Shown here piece by piece: positions 6,942 through 15,271 of a stretch of DNA of 20,000 bases. Within the stretch, counting starts at the first letter, position 1; each line of letters starts with the position of its first letter. The stretch lies in IMG/VR virus record IMGVR_UViG_3300025070_000011. The stretch is one strand, 5' to 3'. The translations under genes and the position numbers were made by a program. The notes under the pieces were generated by a model. It was not told where the DNA came from. It saw nothing but the letters and a program-made list of their open reading frames with translations, and did no database searches. This stretch comes from an uncultured virus (IMG/VR IMGVR_UViG_3300025070_000011) (taxonomy: Duplodnaviria > Heunggongvirae > Uroviricota > Caudoviricetes).

Positions 6942-9278
6942 ATGGAAAAATCATTCAAAGACTTTGTACCACTTGAGGAGGGCGTAAACGATCCCGCCAT
7001 CTTCAAAGCGGTATTTTTAGCAGGTGGGCCAGGCAGCGGAAAATCTTTCGTTGTCGGTAAATCCGCACTGACCTCGTTTGGTCTAAAATTAGTAAACTCT
7101 GATACCGCATTTGAGGCTGCACTGAAGAAGGCAGGTCTTACAAAAACACCAGGCGATATTTTCTCCACGAAAGGTCAGTCTTTGCGTGATCGTGCCACGT
7201 TAATAACCAAGAAGAAACAAGAGGGTTACTTAAATGGTAGACTCGGTTTGGTTATCGATGGTACTGGAAAAGATTTTGAGAAAATCAGACAACAAAAAAT
7301 AGAGTTAGAAAAGTTGGGATATGAGACTGCAATGATTCTCGTAAACACTGACTTGGACACTGCTGTTGCCAGAGATAAGAAACGCGACAGAACTTTGGGT
7401 AAGACAAAAGTCGAACCAATGTGGAGATCGGTTCAAAACAACATTGGTAAATTCCAAAACCTATTTGGTAATCAGTTTATCGTTGTTGATAACACAGATG
7501 GTGCCAACTACGAAGGTGGTATCATGTCTGCTTTCAGAAAGATCGGTCAGTGGACAAGACAAACTCCAAACAACCACCTTGCTCAAAGATGGATTCGCGA
7601 CCAGAAACAACGGAGAGGTATGAAAGAAGAAAAAGAATTTAAACCTCACTATATGTTCAAGGATGGCAAAAAGGTTTTTGCGAAAAAAGAAAAAGATCAT
7701 ATAAAACTCATGAAACAGGGTTGGTCTCATGATGACCCCTCTACAAAAGAAATAGAAGAAGATTTACGCAAGTGGTTTGGCAAGGGGCCAAAAGGTGATT
7801 GGGTCCGTGTAGGTACAGACGGAAAGATCAAAGGTGACTGTGCTAGAGAGCCTGGAGAAGGCAAACCCAAGTGTATGCCCAGATCAAAGGCTCACAGCAT
7901 GTCCAAAGATGACAGGGCAACATCTGCTAGAAGAAAAAGAAGGAAAGACCCAGTTGCAGATCGTAGTGGTAAGGGCGGCAAACCAGTTATGGTAAAGACC
8001 GATGTCAAAGAGGCATCAATGTCAGCACAAGATCGTTTTGCAAAAAGACTTAAAGACAAACATGGTATGGACTTGGAAGCCAAGTTGAAGTACTATGAGG
8101 ACATGAAGAAAAAATTTCAACAGACATCAGCGAAAACAGTAAAATCAGAAGAGAAGATTGATGAAAAGTGTTGGAATGGATATAAAGAGAAAGGTCTGAA
8201 AAAGAAAGGCAATAGGGTTGTTCCGAATTGCGTCCCAGTATCAGAGACTCCGCAGTGGATGCAACCCGCACTGGCAAAGACTGTCTATAAAACTCAGTAC
8301 AAACACGCACACAAACTTCTGAAACAAATTGTAGACCGCAAGAAGAAAGAGGGTGGTGGCAAACTCCGACATGGTGTTGAGTACTATGCCGCAAAGGTTG
8401 CAGGACAGGTTTCGGATAAGGTTGATCCCAGAACTCTTGCTGGTATGTATGAAGATGTGCAGATTAGTAAGTACGAGTGGGGTAGACCAGAAGGAACTGC
8501 GTATTTGAAGGCAGTAACACCTGGCGAGCCAGGAGAAACCACAAAGAAAAACAAGACTACTAATAAGTACCACTACAAGGCAAAGGTACAAGAGAACTGC
8601 GGTTGCGGTCAAGACCCCTGCATCACATACGGTAAGCAAGCAGTGAAAGAACACTGTGGTTGTGAAGAAGATGCCGATTATGATGTTTTGGAAATGGACC
8701 ACCATGTATTCAGTGAGAGAGAAATCGAAGAGATGGAAACTCAGATTGATGGCATGAATTTCGATGACCTAATTGATCTTGGAATGTATGACGAAGAAGA
8801 AGTTGAAGAATTAGATGCTGCGGCAGAGGAAGATGAGGATATTCACGATAACATTGATATCCTTGAAAATCTGTCAATTCAAGGTAGAATGAAACGTCGA
8901 TTCAACGCTCGTCGTAACAAACAAAAACTGAAGGTTGCTCGTATGAGGGCATCCAGAAGAGCCGCCGACCCCGCAAGAATTAAGAGAAGGGCATCTCGCG
9001 GTGCAAGAAACATGATTAAAGGTCGCATTGCGAGAGGTAGAGATATCAAGTCTTTGCCACCCGCAGAGAAGGCAAGAATTGAAGCGATGGCCAAACGTTT
9101 TGGTGGTCTGGTTTCTAGACTCGCACAGAGAATGGTCCCGATAATCAGAAAGAACGAACTGAAGAGACTTACTTCAAGAAGAAGTAAACCACAGAAGGCT
9201 AAGAAATATAATCCAGCACAGGCGAAGTCACAGGCGTCTAAACAGAAGGCTAAGAAGTTTAAGGTGAAGAAGAAATGA
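6942..9278 (+). CDS. Modular protein: N-terminal P-loop kinase (zeta-toxin/PNK-like) plus multiple short basic modules; putative internal-head polyprotein
   Basis: AGGPGSGKS Walker A, VNSD, LVIDGTG and ARDKKRDR lid in about aa 14-225. Then modules DLRKWF..KPKCMP, KCWNGY..VPNCVP, YEWGRPEG, CGCGQDPC and an Arg-rich tail, separated by x-x-E(E) linkers. Confidence 0.75.
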   Translation: MEKSFKDFVPLEEGVNDPAIFKAVFLAGGPGSGKSFVVGKSALTSFGLKLVNSDTAFEAALKKAGLTKTPGDIFSTKGQSLRDRATLITKKKQEGYLNGRLGLVIDGTGKDFEKIRQQKIELEKLGYETAMILVNTDLDTAVARDKKRDRTLGKTKVEPMWRSVQNNIGKFQNLFGNQFIVVDNTDGANYEGGIMSAFRKIGQWTRQTPNNHLAQRWIRDQKQRRGMKEEKEFKPHYMFKDGKKVFAKKEKDHIKLMKQGWSHDDPSTKEIEEDLRKWFGKGPKGDWVRVGTDGKIKGDCAREPGEGKPKCMPRSKAHSMSKDDRATSARRKRRKDPVADRSGKGGKPVMVKTDVKEASMSAQDRFAKRLKDKHGMDLEAKLKYYEDMKKKFQQTSAKTVKSEEKIDEKCWNGYKEKGLKKKGNRVVPNCVPVSETPQWMQPALAKTVYKTQYKHAHKLLKQIVDRKKKEGGGKLRHGVEYYAAKVAGQVSDKVDPRTLAGMYEDVQISKYEWGRPEGTAYLKAVTPGEPGETTKKNKTTNKYHYKAKVQENCGCGQDPCITYGKQAVKEHCGCEEDADYDVLEMDHHVFSEREIEEMETQIDGMNFDDLIDLGMYDEEEVEELDAAAEEDEDIHDNIDILENLSIQGRMKRRFNARRNKQKLKVARMRASRRAADPARIKRRASRGARNMIKGRIARGRDIKSLPPAEKARIEAMAKRFGGLVSRLAQRMVPIIRKNELKRLTSRRSKPQKAKKYNPAQAKSQASKQKAKKFKVKKK

Positions 9279-9541
9279 AGACTTTTTTGGAGTTTGTCAC
9301 AGAAGAAGGTATTAAGTCTGGACACAAACGGCCCACTGATAAAGGTGCTGGTCTGACACAGAAGGGCGTAGATGCAGAGAACCGCAGAACCGGCGGCAAT
9401 CTACAGACTGCTGTTACTACGCCTCCTAGTAAACTAAAGAAAGGTAGCAAAGCGGCTAATAGAAGAAAATCCTTCTGTGCCCGATCACGCGGTTGGACGG
9501 GTGAAAGAGGTAAGGCTGCAAGAAGAAGATGGAACTGCTAA
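9275..9541 (+). CDS. Small basic protein (DUF6321-like) with a capsid-targeting-like leader
   Basis: MKTFLEFVTEE leader; GLTQKGV..NRRTGGNL...RRKSFCAR...ARRRWNC motifs. Confidence 0.75.
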   Translation: MKTFLEFVTEEGIKSGHKRPTDKGAGLTQKGVDAENRRTGGNLQTAVTTPPSKLKKGSKAANRRKSFCARSRGWTGERGKAARRRWNC

Positions 9542-9556
9542 GAGTTTAATTTCGTT

Positions 9557-10513
9557 ATGACAATTGATGATATTCTGAAGTACACAAGACAGTACTTGGG
9601 TAAAGGTCTTTCTTGGGAAAACAGTGTGTGTCTCCCACAAGAAAATCTGCCAACAATCCGAAAGTGCCTCGGTGGTATCAATCTTGCTTTATGTGATTCA
9701 ATAGACTCGTGGAAAGAAAACAGAACACATAATTTGTTTTGGATTGACCCAGACACACAAGAAACCTTTAACGAACACAAGAATGACCCCCAGACCCGAA
9801 AGTGTCTGGAACAGTTTAACTGGATAAGAACTGACGGGTCGCAAAACGCCGTTTCAGTCCAGTACCTCCTCAACGACCAAGGATACCGAATAGACCACGG
9901 TTATGATGAAGACGGAATTATTTTCTATGGATGCAGTTTTACATTCGGTATCGGTCTAGACAAGGAACATACCTTCACTGAGATAGTATCAAAAGAACTG
10001 GGTCTTGCAAATTTTAATTTCGGTATCCCTGGCGTTGGACTTGATGCAAGCGTAATTCATGCTTTGTTCTTACTCAAACACACTGTCAAGAAACCAAAAG
10101 CGATGGTTGTTTTTACACCACCACCAAGAAGGTGGAACTACTTTAACGGATCTCAGATTGTAACCACCTCTTCTCAACAGATTTCAAAATACAGGAAAAT
10201 TACAGAAGAGTATGTAATGTCAATGGAGTATCAATGTGTCACGGATGACATGAATAACCTTATTCAGACAACCAAGAACATCATGGTGTTGCGAGATATC
10301 GCAAAAGAACTGGATATCCCTTTCGTTTTGGCTGACTATTCAAAGGACTTTGACAGAGAGTTTAAAGCTTATCATTATTGGAAACACTGTGCTCAACGTG
10401 GAGATGAATCTTTTGATGGGGTTTCTATGGCCAGAGACCTCATACACCCAGGCGAAGAAACAAATGCAAAGTGGGCAGAAATAATCATAAAACTAATCAA
10501 AGAAAAACTATAA
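9557..10513 (+). CDS. SGNH/GDSL-like hydrolase or acyltransferase domain protein
   Basis: FYGCSFTFG (block I), NFGIPG (block II), ARDLIHPG (DxxH, block V). Confidence 0.7.
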   Translation: MTIDDILKYTRQYLGKGLSWENSVCLPQENLPTIRKCLGGINLALCDSIDSWKENRTHNLFWIDPDTQETFNEHKNDPQTRKCLEQFNWIRTDGSQNAVSVQYLLNDQGYRIDHGYDEDGIIFYGCSFTFGIGLDKEHTFTEIVSKELGLANFNFGIPGVGLDASVIHALFLLKHTVKKPKAMVVFTPPPRRWNYFNGSQIVTTSSQQISKYRKITEEYVMSMEYQCVTDDMNNLIQTTKNIMVLRDIAKELDIPFVLADYSKDFDREFKAYHYWKHCAQRGDESFDGVSMARDLIHPGEETNAKWAEIIIKLIKEKL

Positions 10514-10516
10514 ATA
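10509..10516 (+). promoter_or_regulatory. T4-type late promoter
   Basis: Exact TATAAATA containing the upstream TAA stop; ATG 6 nt downstream. Confidence 0.8.
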
Positions 10517-10522
10517 CTGTTT

Positions 10523-10771
10523 ATGAGATGGTTAATAGAAAAAATTAAAGAGTGGTTGAAGGAAGAATATCAACTTACTGTTTACTACCCAGGCGAAACT
10601 ACTGTTCTGCCTGATGGTACTCGCATAGAGACGTTTAGTCCAAAAACTTATCATGCTAAAAAAATCTTAAAACTAAAACAAAACCACATTATTTTTATTG
10701 GTACTGATAAAAAGAGACATGAAATAAGAGTTGTAAATCCAGTTGGATTTGATTTGAAAAAAATATATTGA
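10523..10771 (+). CDS. Hypothetical phage protein
   Basis: 82 aa ORF with an amphipathic N-terminal helix, directly behind a late promoter. Confidence 0.75.
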   Translation: MRWLIEKIKEWLKEEYQLTVYYPGETTVLPDGTRIETFSPKTYHAKKILKLKQNHIIFIGTDKKRHEIRVVNPVGFDLKKIY

Positions 10772-10784
10772 TGATGGAGACAAC

Positions 10785-12389
10785 ATGGATTACGTTGACG
10801 TACTATTATTTACGGGACTAGGTTCGTATTCACACGGCGTACAGGCTGCAACAGAAGAACCTAGTTACGAAACCAGAAGTCGAACTTCTGGCACCTACCG
10901 AATTGCCACATACCTAAGAGATGAATTCGACTTTAACGTAGAAGTTGTCGATTTTATGTTTTCTTGGCGGTATGAAGAACTCGTTGAAATTGTAGATAGC
11001 AGGGTCGGACCAGACACTAAGATGGTGGGTGTGGGTGGGCTCTTCTTTCTTGCAGCCCCGAACATTGTTAATATATTCAAATACGTTAAAACCAATTATC
11101 CCAATGTGACCACTTGTGCTGGAAGTCAGGACATCTGGTCACTTATGAAAATACCAAACATCGATTATTACTGTATTGGTTATGGTGAACTCGGCATGAA
11201 GGCCATAATACAGGGTAATCCAGAAGTAAAACAATTTACGCCCTTTGAAGGCGGACCTACATTTCCAGTAGTAGATTGTTGGGAAAACTCAAAGTATCAT
11301 GCGTACCCTTGGTCTGAATTGCCAATCCGATACGAGAAAAGAGACTTTATTAAACCCTACGAAGTTTTGTCTATGGAAACTTCTAGAGGATGTCGATTCG
11401 CCTGTTCCTATTGCAACTTCCCGATTCTGGGTGTGAAGGGTGACTATACTCGTTCACAAGATTGTTTTGAGAGAAACATAAAAGAAAACTATGACCTTTG
11501 GGGAACAACAGAGTACATCATTACTGATGATACTTTCAATGACTACATTCCAAAAATTAAAAAGTATGGTGATGTTGTTCAGTCATGTGATTTTAAACCA
11601 AACTTTACTGGGTACATTCGCGCAGACTTGATGACTCAACGCAAGGGTGACCTAGAAGAACTTGCTAGAATGAGATTCAATAGTCATCTCTATGGGATCG
11701 AATCAACAAATCATGCAAGTGCCAAATCAATGGGAAAGGGTGGTGACCCAAAGAAGATTCTAGATGGCATTCTAAAAGCTAAAGAATATTTCTTAAAAGA
11801 GAATGGGTTTTATCGGGGGGAGATAAGTTTGATTTGGGGGTTGCCGTACGAGACTCCAGAAACTCTAGACTGGACCTTCAAGTGGTTGGATGATAATTGG
11901 CAGTCTCAGGCAGTATCGATGTTCCCTCTACATATTATGAGAGACAATGGAATGACGCGACCCAGTGATCTTACCTCTAAGAAAGACAAGTGGTACAAGA
12001 CCCCGCAACCAATGGAAATCGAACCAGTAGGCGACAGACTAGATCACATCTACGCCGATCCAAATGTCGATGATTATTTCAAGAGAAGAATCAAACTCCT
12101 TGAACCAGATTTGAATAGTCCACACTGGCACCATTTGACATATATGTGGAAAAACGAACACTATGATGCGGTCAGTGCATATATTGGTGTGCAGAACATG
12201 TTATTTGGTCATGATAGATATTGGGATAGGGGTGTACCCATTTTTAACCAATCAAACTGGCAAGGAGTGGGGTTTAGTAAGGCCGATATGTTGAAAAATT
12301 TCAGAGAATTGCCTAGTATGATGAATCCACCCGAAGAAATGGTAAAATCAGCTATAGAAGAGTACAAACAGAATAAGTTATCTTTATAA
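10785..12389 (+). CDS. Radical SAM enzyme with a B12-binding-like N-terminal domain
   Basis: ETSRGCRFACSYC (CxxxCxxC), ITDDTFN, YIRADL, YGIES and LIWGLPYET. N-terminal IATYLR...VEVVD...GYGE is typical of cobalamin-dependent radical SAM proteins. GGAG SD. Confidence 0.88.
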   Translation: MDYVDVLLFTGLGSYSHGVQAATEEPSYETRSRTSGTYRIATYLRDEFDFNVEVVDFMFSWRYEELVEIVDSRVGPDTKMVGVGGLFFLAAPNIVNIFKYVKTNYPNVTTCAGSQDIWSLMKIPNIDYYCIGYGELGMKAIIQGNPEVKQFTPFEGGPTFPVVDCWENSKYHAYPWSELPIRYEKRDFIKPYEVLSMETSRGCRFACSYCNFPILGVKGDYTRSQDCFERNIKENYDLWGTTEYIITDDTFNDYIPKIKKYGDVVQSCDFKPNFTGYIRADLMTQRKGDLEELARMRFNSHLYGIESTNHASAKSMGKGGDPKKILDGILKAKEYFLKENGFYRGEISLIWGLPYETPETLDWTFKWLDDNWQSQAVSMFPLHIMRDNGMTRPSDLTSKKDKWYKTPQPMEIEPVGDRLDHIYADPNVDDYFKRRIKLLEPDLNSPHWHHLTYMWKNEHYDAVSAYIGVQNMLFGHDRYWDRGVPIFNQSNWQGVGFSKADMLKNFRELPSMMNPPEEMVKSAIEEYKQNKLSL

Positions 12390-12392
12390 ATA
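12385..12392 (+). promoter_or_regulatory. T4-type late promoter
   Basis: Exact TATAAATA containing the upstream TAA stop. Confidence 0.8.
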
Positions 12393-12427
12393 TATTGAAA
12401 CGTCAGATTTATTTTGGAGTATACACA

Positions 12428-14377
12428 ATGCCGGTAGAAAGAAACATCCGTGACATATTACAGTCTGGAGAATCTACCCTATTAGAAGCTGATATGTCAA
12501 GAAGACTTGATATGCTGGTTCGACAGGGTATGTTGCCAGTTGCAAAACTGCCACTGTTAAAACGTGGTCTTGAAAAAATGAAATCTGGTAAAGTGGGTAC
12601 TCCGCAAGAAAGAGATGCTGTTAGTGGTGTTCTTGACCAAATGATGTATATCATACTTGGTGACGATACAGTATTCCAGAAAGCACGACAACACACTCAA
12701 AAGAATCGCTATCAGACCGAAGAGAGTGAGATCGAAACGGCCGAAGAGAGTGATGATGTAACCTTGAATGAATGGGAAGAACTGTTGTTGGACATTCAGA
12801 CTCTTGAAGAGAAGAATGTCCCAACAAACCCGAAGTTGTGGTCAAAGTACAAGTCACAGGCGAAGGCAAAATTCGATGTGTATCCTTCTGCTTATGCCAA
12901 TGGTTGGGCTGCCAAGATGTATAAAAAAGCCGGTGGAAGTTGGAAATCAGTTAGTGAAGATGTAGAACAGGTTGATGAAGTATCATCTAAAATGTTGGCA
13001 AGTTACCAACAAAAGAACGAGACTGATCGTGAAAAGGCGGTTGGTACTCAGGATGTAGATAAGATTAAAAAACGTGTGAAGGGTGACCGTCTTGCAAGTA
13101 AGAAGAGATATTCATCCGTTTACAAGAAGTATGGTTTATCTACTGCCAAGGTTCCTGCTACTAACGAAGAAACGGACCTAGAAGAAAAGGTTGAAGACAT
13201 GGAAATGGGTGAAGTCATCAAGGACTTCCAAAAGTCTGATGCACCCCAATTTAAGGGCAAGTCTAAAGAAAAGAAGAGAGAGATGGCCATCGCTGCTAAA
13301 CTCTCCAAAGAAGAGACCGAAGAGGAAATTACCGTGGACATGAACAATCCGTTTGCCGCCGCTAAGAAATCAAAACTCGACGAGTACAAAGTTAAGAATC
13401 CTGGCTCAGACGCAGAAGATTCTCGACAACGCGCCAAGAAGGCCGCCGAGAGACTTTCTCGCAAAGTTTCAAAGACTGAGAGGGAAACTGATCCGGGCCT
13501 TGACGAAGTTAAAAAGGTTGATTGTCCAGAGTGTAAGGGTAAAGGTTGTTCCGAATGCGATGACAAGGGATATCAACTCAAAGAGTATATCACTGGTAAA
13601 CAAGTTAAGATGGCGAAGGGTATTGCAAATGACCCCCGTCACAAGGGTGGTGACATGACGGGTGCCGCAAAGAAGATGGAAAAGATTAAGAAAGGTCTTT
13701 CTAATCACCCAGGCGCTCAGAAGGCTCTCCGCACTGCAAACGAAGGTATGTTCGATGACTACTCCGATGAAGAGTTGGATGAGTTGATCGAAATGGAATT
13801 CAAGGCAAAGTTTCAGGCGATGCTGAAGAAATCAGGTAAGTCTCTTGGTTCTATGTCCCCAGAAGAGAAAAAGAAATTCTTCAACAGTGTAGATGCCGCA
13901 CACAACGCAAAGAATGAAAACTACACCATGAAGAATGATTATGCAAAGTCTTCTGGTGCTATGTCAAAGGACAAGGCAAGTCACAACACTGGTGGGATGC
14001 GTATCTCAAATAAAGATGCTGGTGCTGCCAAGGCAAGACTCATGAAGAAGAAGGGTATCACTGAAGATGCCGCTGCGGATGCAAAGAGAGACTATGATGC
14101 GGATGATAAGAAAGGTCTTGCTCCTACTAAGTCGGACAAACCCGCAAAGGTCAGTGACGCATCAAACGCAAAAGAAATCGAACACATTGTACCTCAGATG
14201 CGAAAAGCAATTACCGTTGGTAAAGAGGTTCAATTCCAAGATGGGAAGACGCACAAGATCAGTAAAGGACACGCTGCAAAGTTCTTGAATAAGTACATGA
14301 ACAGCAAACCCGCTGACAAACAAGCAATGCAAACGTCTGCCCACAAGAGCCACGATCATTTTAAGAAGCACGTATAA
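12428..14377 (+). CDS. Modular K/E-rich protein; putative internal-head polyprotein with a DUF5872-like module and a CxxCxGxG zinc finger
   Basis: ATG 12428 with GGAG SD. Modules KNVPTNPKLW..VYPSAYANGW..YKKAGG, DFQKSDAPQFKGKSKE, CPECKGKGCSECDDKG, GIANDPRHKGG and SMSPEEKKKFFN, separated by LEE/VDE/LDE/LKE/LIE/ITE linkers. Confidence 0.75.
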   Translation: MPVERNIRDILQSGESTLLEADMSRRLDMLVRQGMLPVAKLPLLKRGLEKMKSGKVGTPQERDAVSGVLDQMMYIILGDDTVFQKARQHTQKNRYQTEESEIETAEESDDVTLNEWEELLLDIQTLEEKNVPTNPKLWSKYKSQAKAKFDVYPSAYANGWAAKMYKKAGGSWKSVSEDVEQVDEVSSKMLASYQQKNETDREKAVGTQDVDKIKKRVKGDRLASKKRYSSVYKKYGLSTAKVPATNEETDLEEKVEDMEMGEVIKDFQKSDAPQFKGKSKEKKREMAIAAKLSKEETEEEITVDMNNPFAAAKKSKLDEYKVKNPGSDAEDSRQRAKKAAERLSRKVSKTERETDPGLDEVKKVDCPECKGKGCSECDDKGYQLKEYITGKQVKMAKGIANDPRHKGGDMTGAAKKMEKIKKGLSNHPGAQKALRTANEGMFDDYSDEELDELIEMEFKAKFQAMLKKSGKSLGSMSPEEKKKFFNSVDAAHNAKNENYTMKNDYAKSSGAMSKDKASHNTGGMRISNKDAGAAKARLMKKKGITEDAAADAKRDYDADDKKGLAPTKSDKPAKVSDASNAKEIEHIVPQMRKAITVGKEVQFQDGKTHKISKGHAAKFLNKYMNSKPADKQAMQTSAHKSHDHFKKHV

Positions 14378-14380
14378 ATA
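14373..14380 (+). promoter_or_regulatory. T4-type late promoter
   Basis: Exact TATAAATA containing the upstream TAA stop; AAGGAG SD follows. Confidence 0.85.
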
Positions 14381-14408
14381 AAATAATAGACCCAAGGAGA
14401 AAGTCACA

Positions 14409-14810
14409 ATGAGCGCATGGTCAAAATCCAATAAGCCAGTAATTACTGGGATTCCTGCATCTGAAATCTTTATGGTTGACGAAGCGGAAGTCGCTGCTAC
14501 TGCTGGTATTACACAGCCCGGTTGGGTACGGAGAACTACTGTCGGTTCGCGCAAGAAGTATGAAACTCTTGTTGCTATGGCATCCGCATCTACTGACGCA
14601 GTATACGAGGCGGCTGTAGGTGTTGTCGCTACTGCTCTTGCCGCCGCAACTGAGTACAAAATTCTTACCACTGGAACTACCGACTTCACCGCAGTTGGTG
14701 CCGCTGACTCTAACCCAGGCACAGTATTCACCGCTTCTGGCGCTGGTACTGGAACGGGTACTGCTGTCGCTACTGCCGATGATGACGATACTGAATTCCC
14801 CGACTCATAA
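14409..14810 (+). CDS. Putative virion structural/decoration protein
   Basis: Late promoter and strong SD; A/T/G-rich; PGWVRR...YETLVAM...DDDTEFPD motifs recalled from T4-like marine phages. Confidence 0.6.
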   Translation: MSAWSKSNKPVITGIPASEIFMVDEAEVAATAGITQPGWVRRTTVGSRKKYETLVAMASASTDAVYEAAVGVVATALAAATEYKILTTGTTDFTAVGAADSNPGTVFTASGAGTGTGTAVATADDDDTEFPDS

Positions 14811-14820
14811 GGTTTAACTG

Positions 14821-15264
14821 ATGTCTGATTCAAAACTATCAGAACTCACTGCGGCCACCTCGGTGGCCGCTGATGATACCCACTACCTTGTACAAGGTGG
14901 TTCCAGTAAGAAAGTTAGTACTGCAAACATATTTGGACAGATTTCTACTCCAACATTGTTCGCAGACAAGGTTTCTATTGGAGATCATATAAATGTTACA
15001 AGTGCTGGTGTATTGTCAAATGATTACAACGTACATCTGATTGTTGATCCTGCTGTTGGTGGTACTCTTACCCTCACTGGTGGAACTACGGGTCAGTTAA
15101 AAACTATCATCATGACTTCTAATGCTAGTGCCGTGACCCTTTTGCTGGATGACAGCGATCTGGGACATGACACTATTACCTTTGACAGTGCTGGTGACAC
15201 CGCCCTTCTGATTTATGCAGGATCGAAGTGGTGGATGGTTGGGGGTTCTGCTGCGGTAACCTAA
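14821..15264 (+). CDS. Putative virion structural (fibre-like) protein
   Basis: MSDSKLSELTAATS...LVQGGSSKKVS N-terminus is typical of fibre-associated modules; T/G/S-rich beta pattern ending KWWMVG. Confidence 0.6.
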   Translation: MSDSKLSELTAATSVAADDTHYLVQGGSSKKVSTANIFGQISTPTLFADKVSIGDHINVTSAGVLSNDYNVHLIVDPAVGGTLTLTGGTTGQLKTIIMTSNASAVTLLLDDSDLGHDTITFDSAGDTALLIYAGSKWWMVGGSAAVT

Positions 15265-15271
15265 TAATAAT

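Noticed and set aside
6942..7620. Zeta toxin of a toxin-antitoxin system
   Set aside because: Only generic P-loop kinase motifs are visible, there is no epsilon-like antitoxin, and the context is a late phage gene.
12395..12427. Longer starts given by the ORF track (also 437, 1290, 2531, 5273)
   Set aside because: Downstream ATGs have SD sequences or stop/start coupling; the upstream starts do not.
13523..13570. DnaJ chaperone
   Set aside because: Only a short CxxCxGxG-type finger; no J domain or HPD motif.
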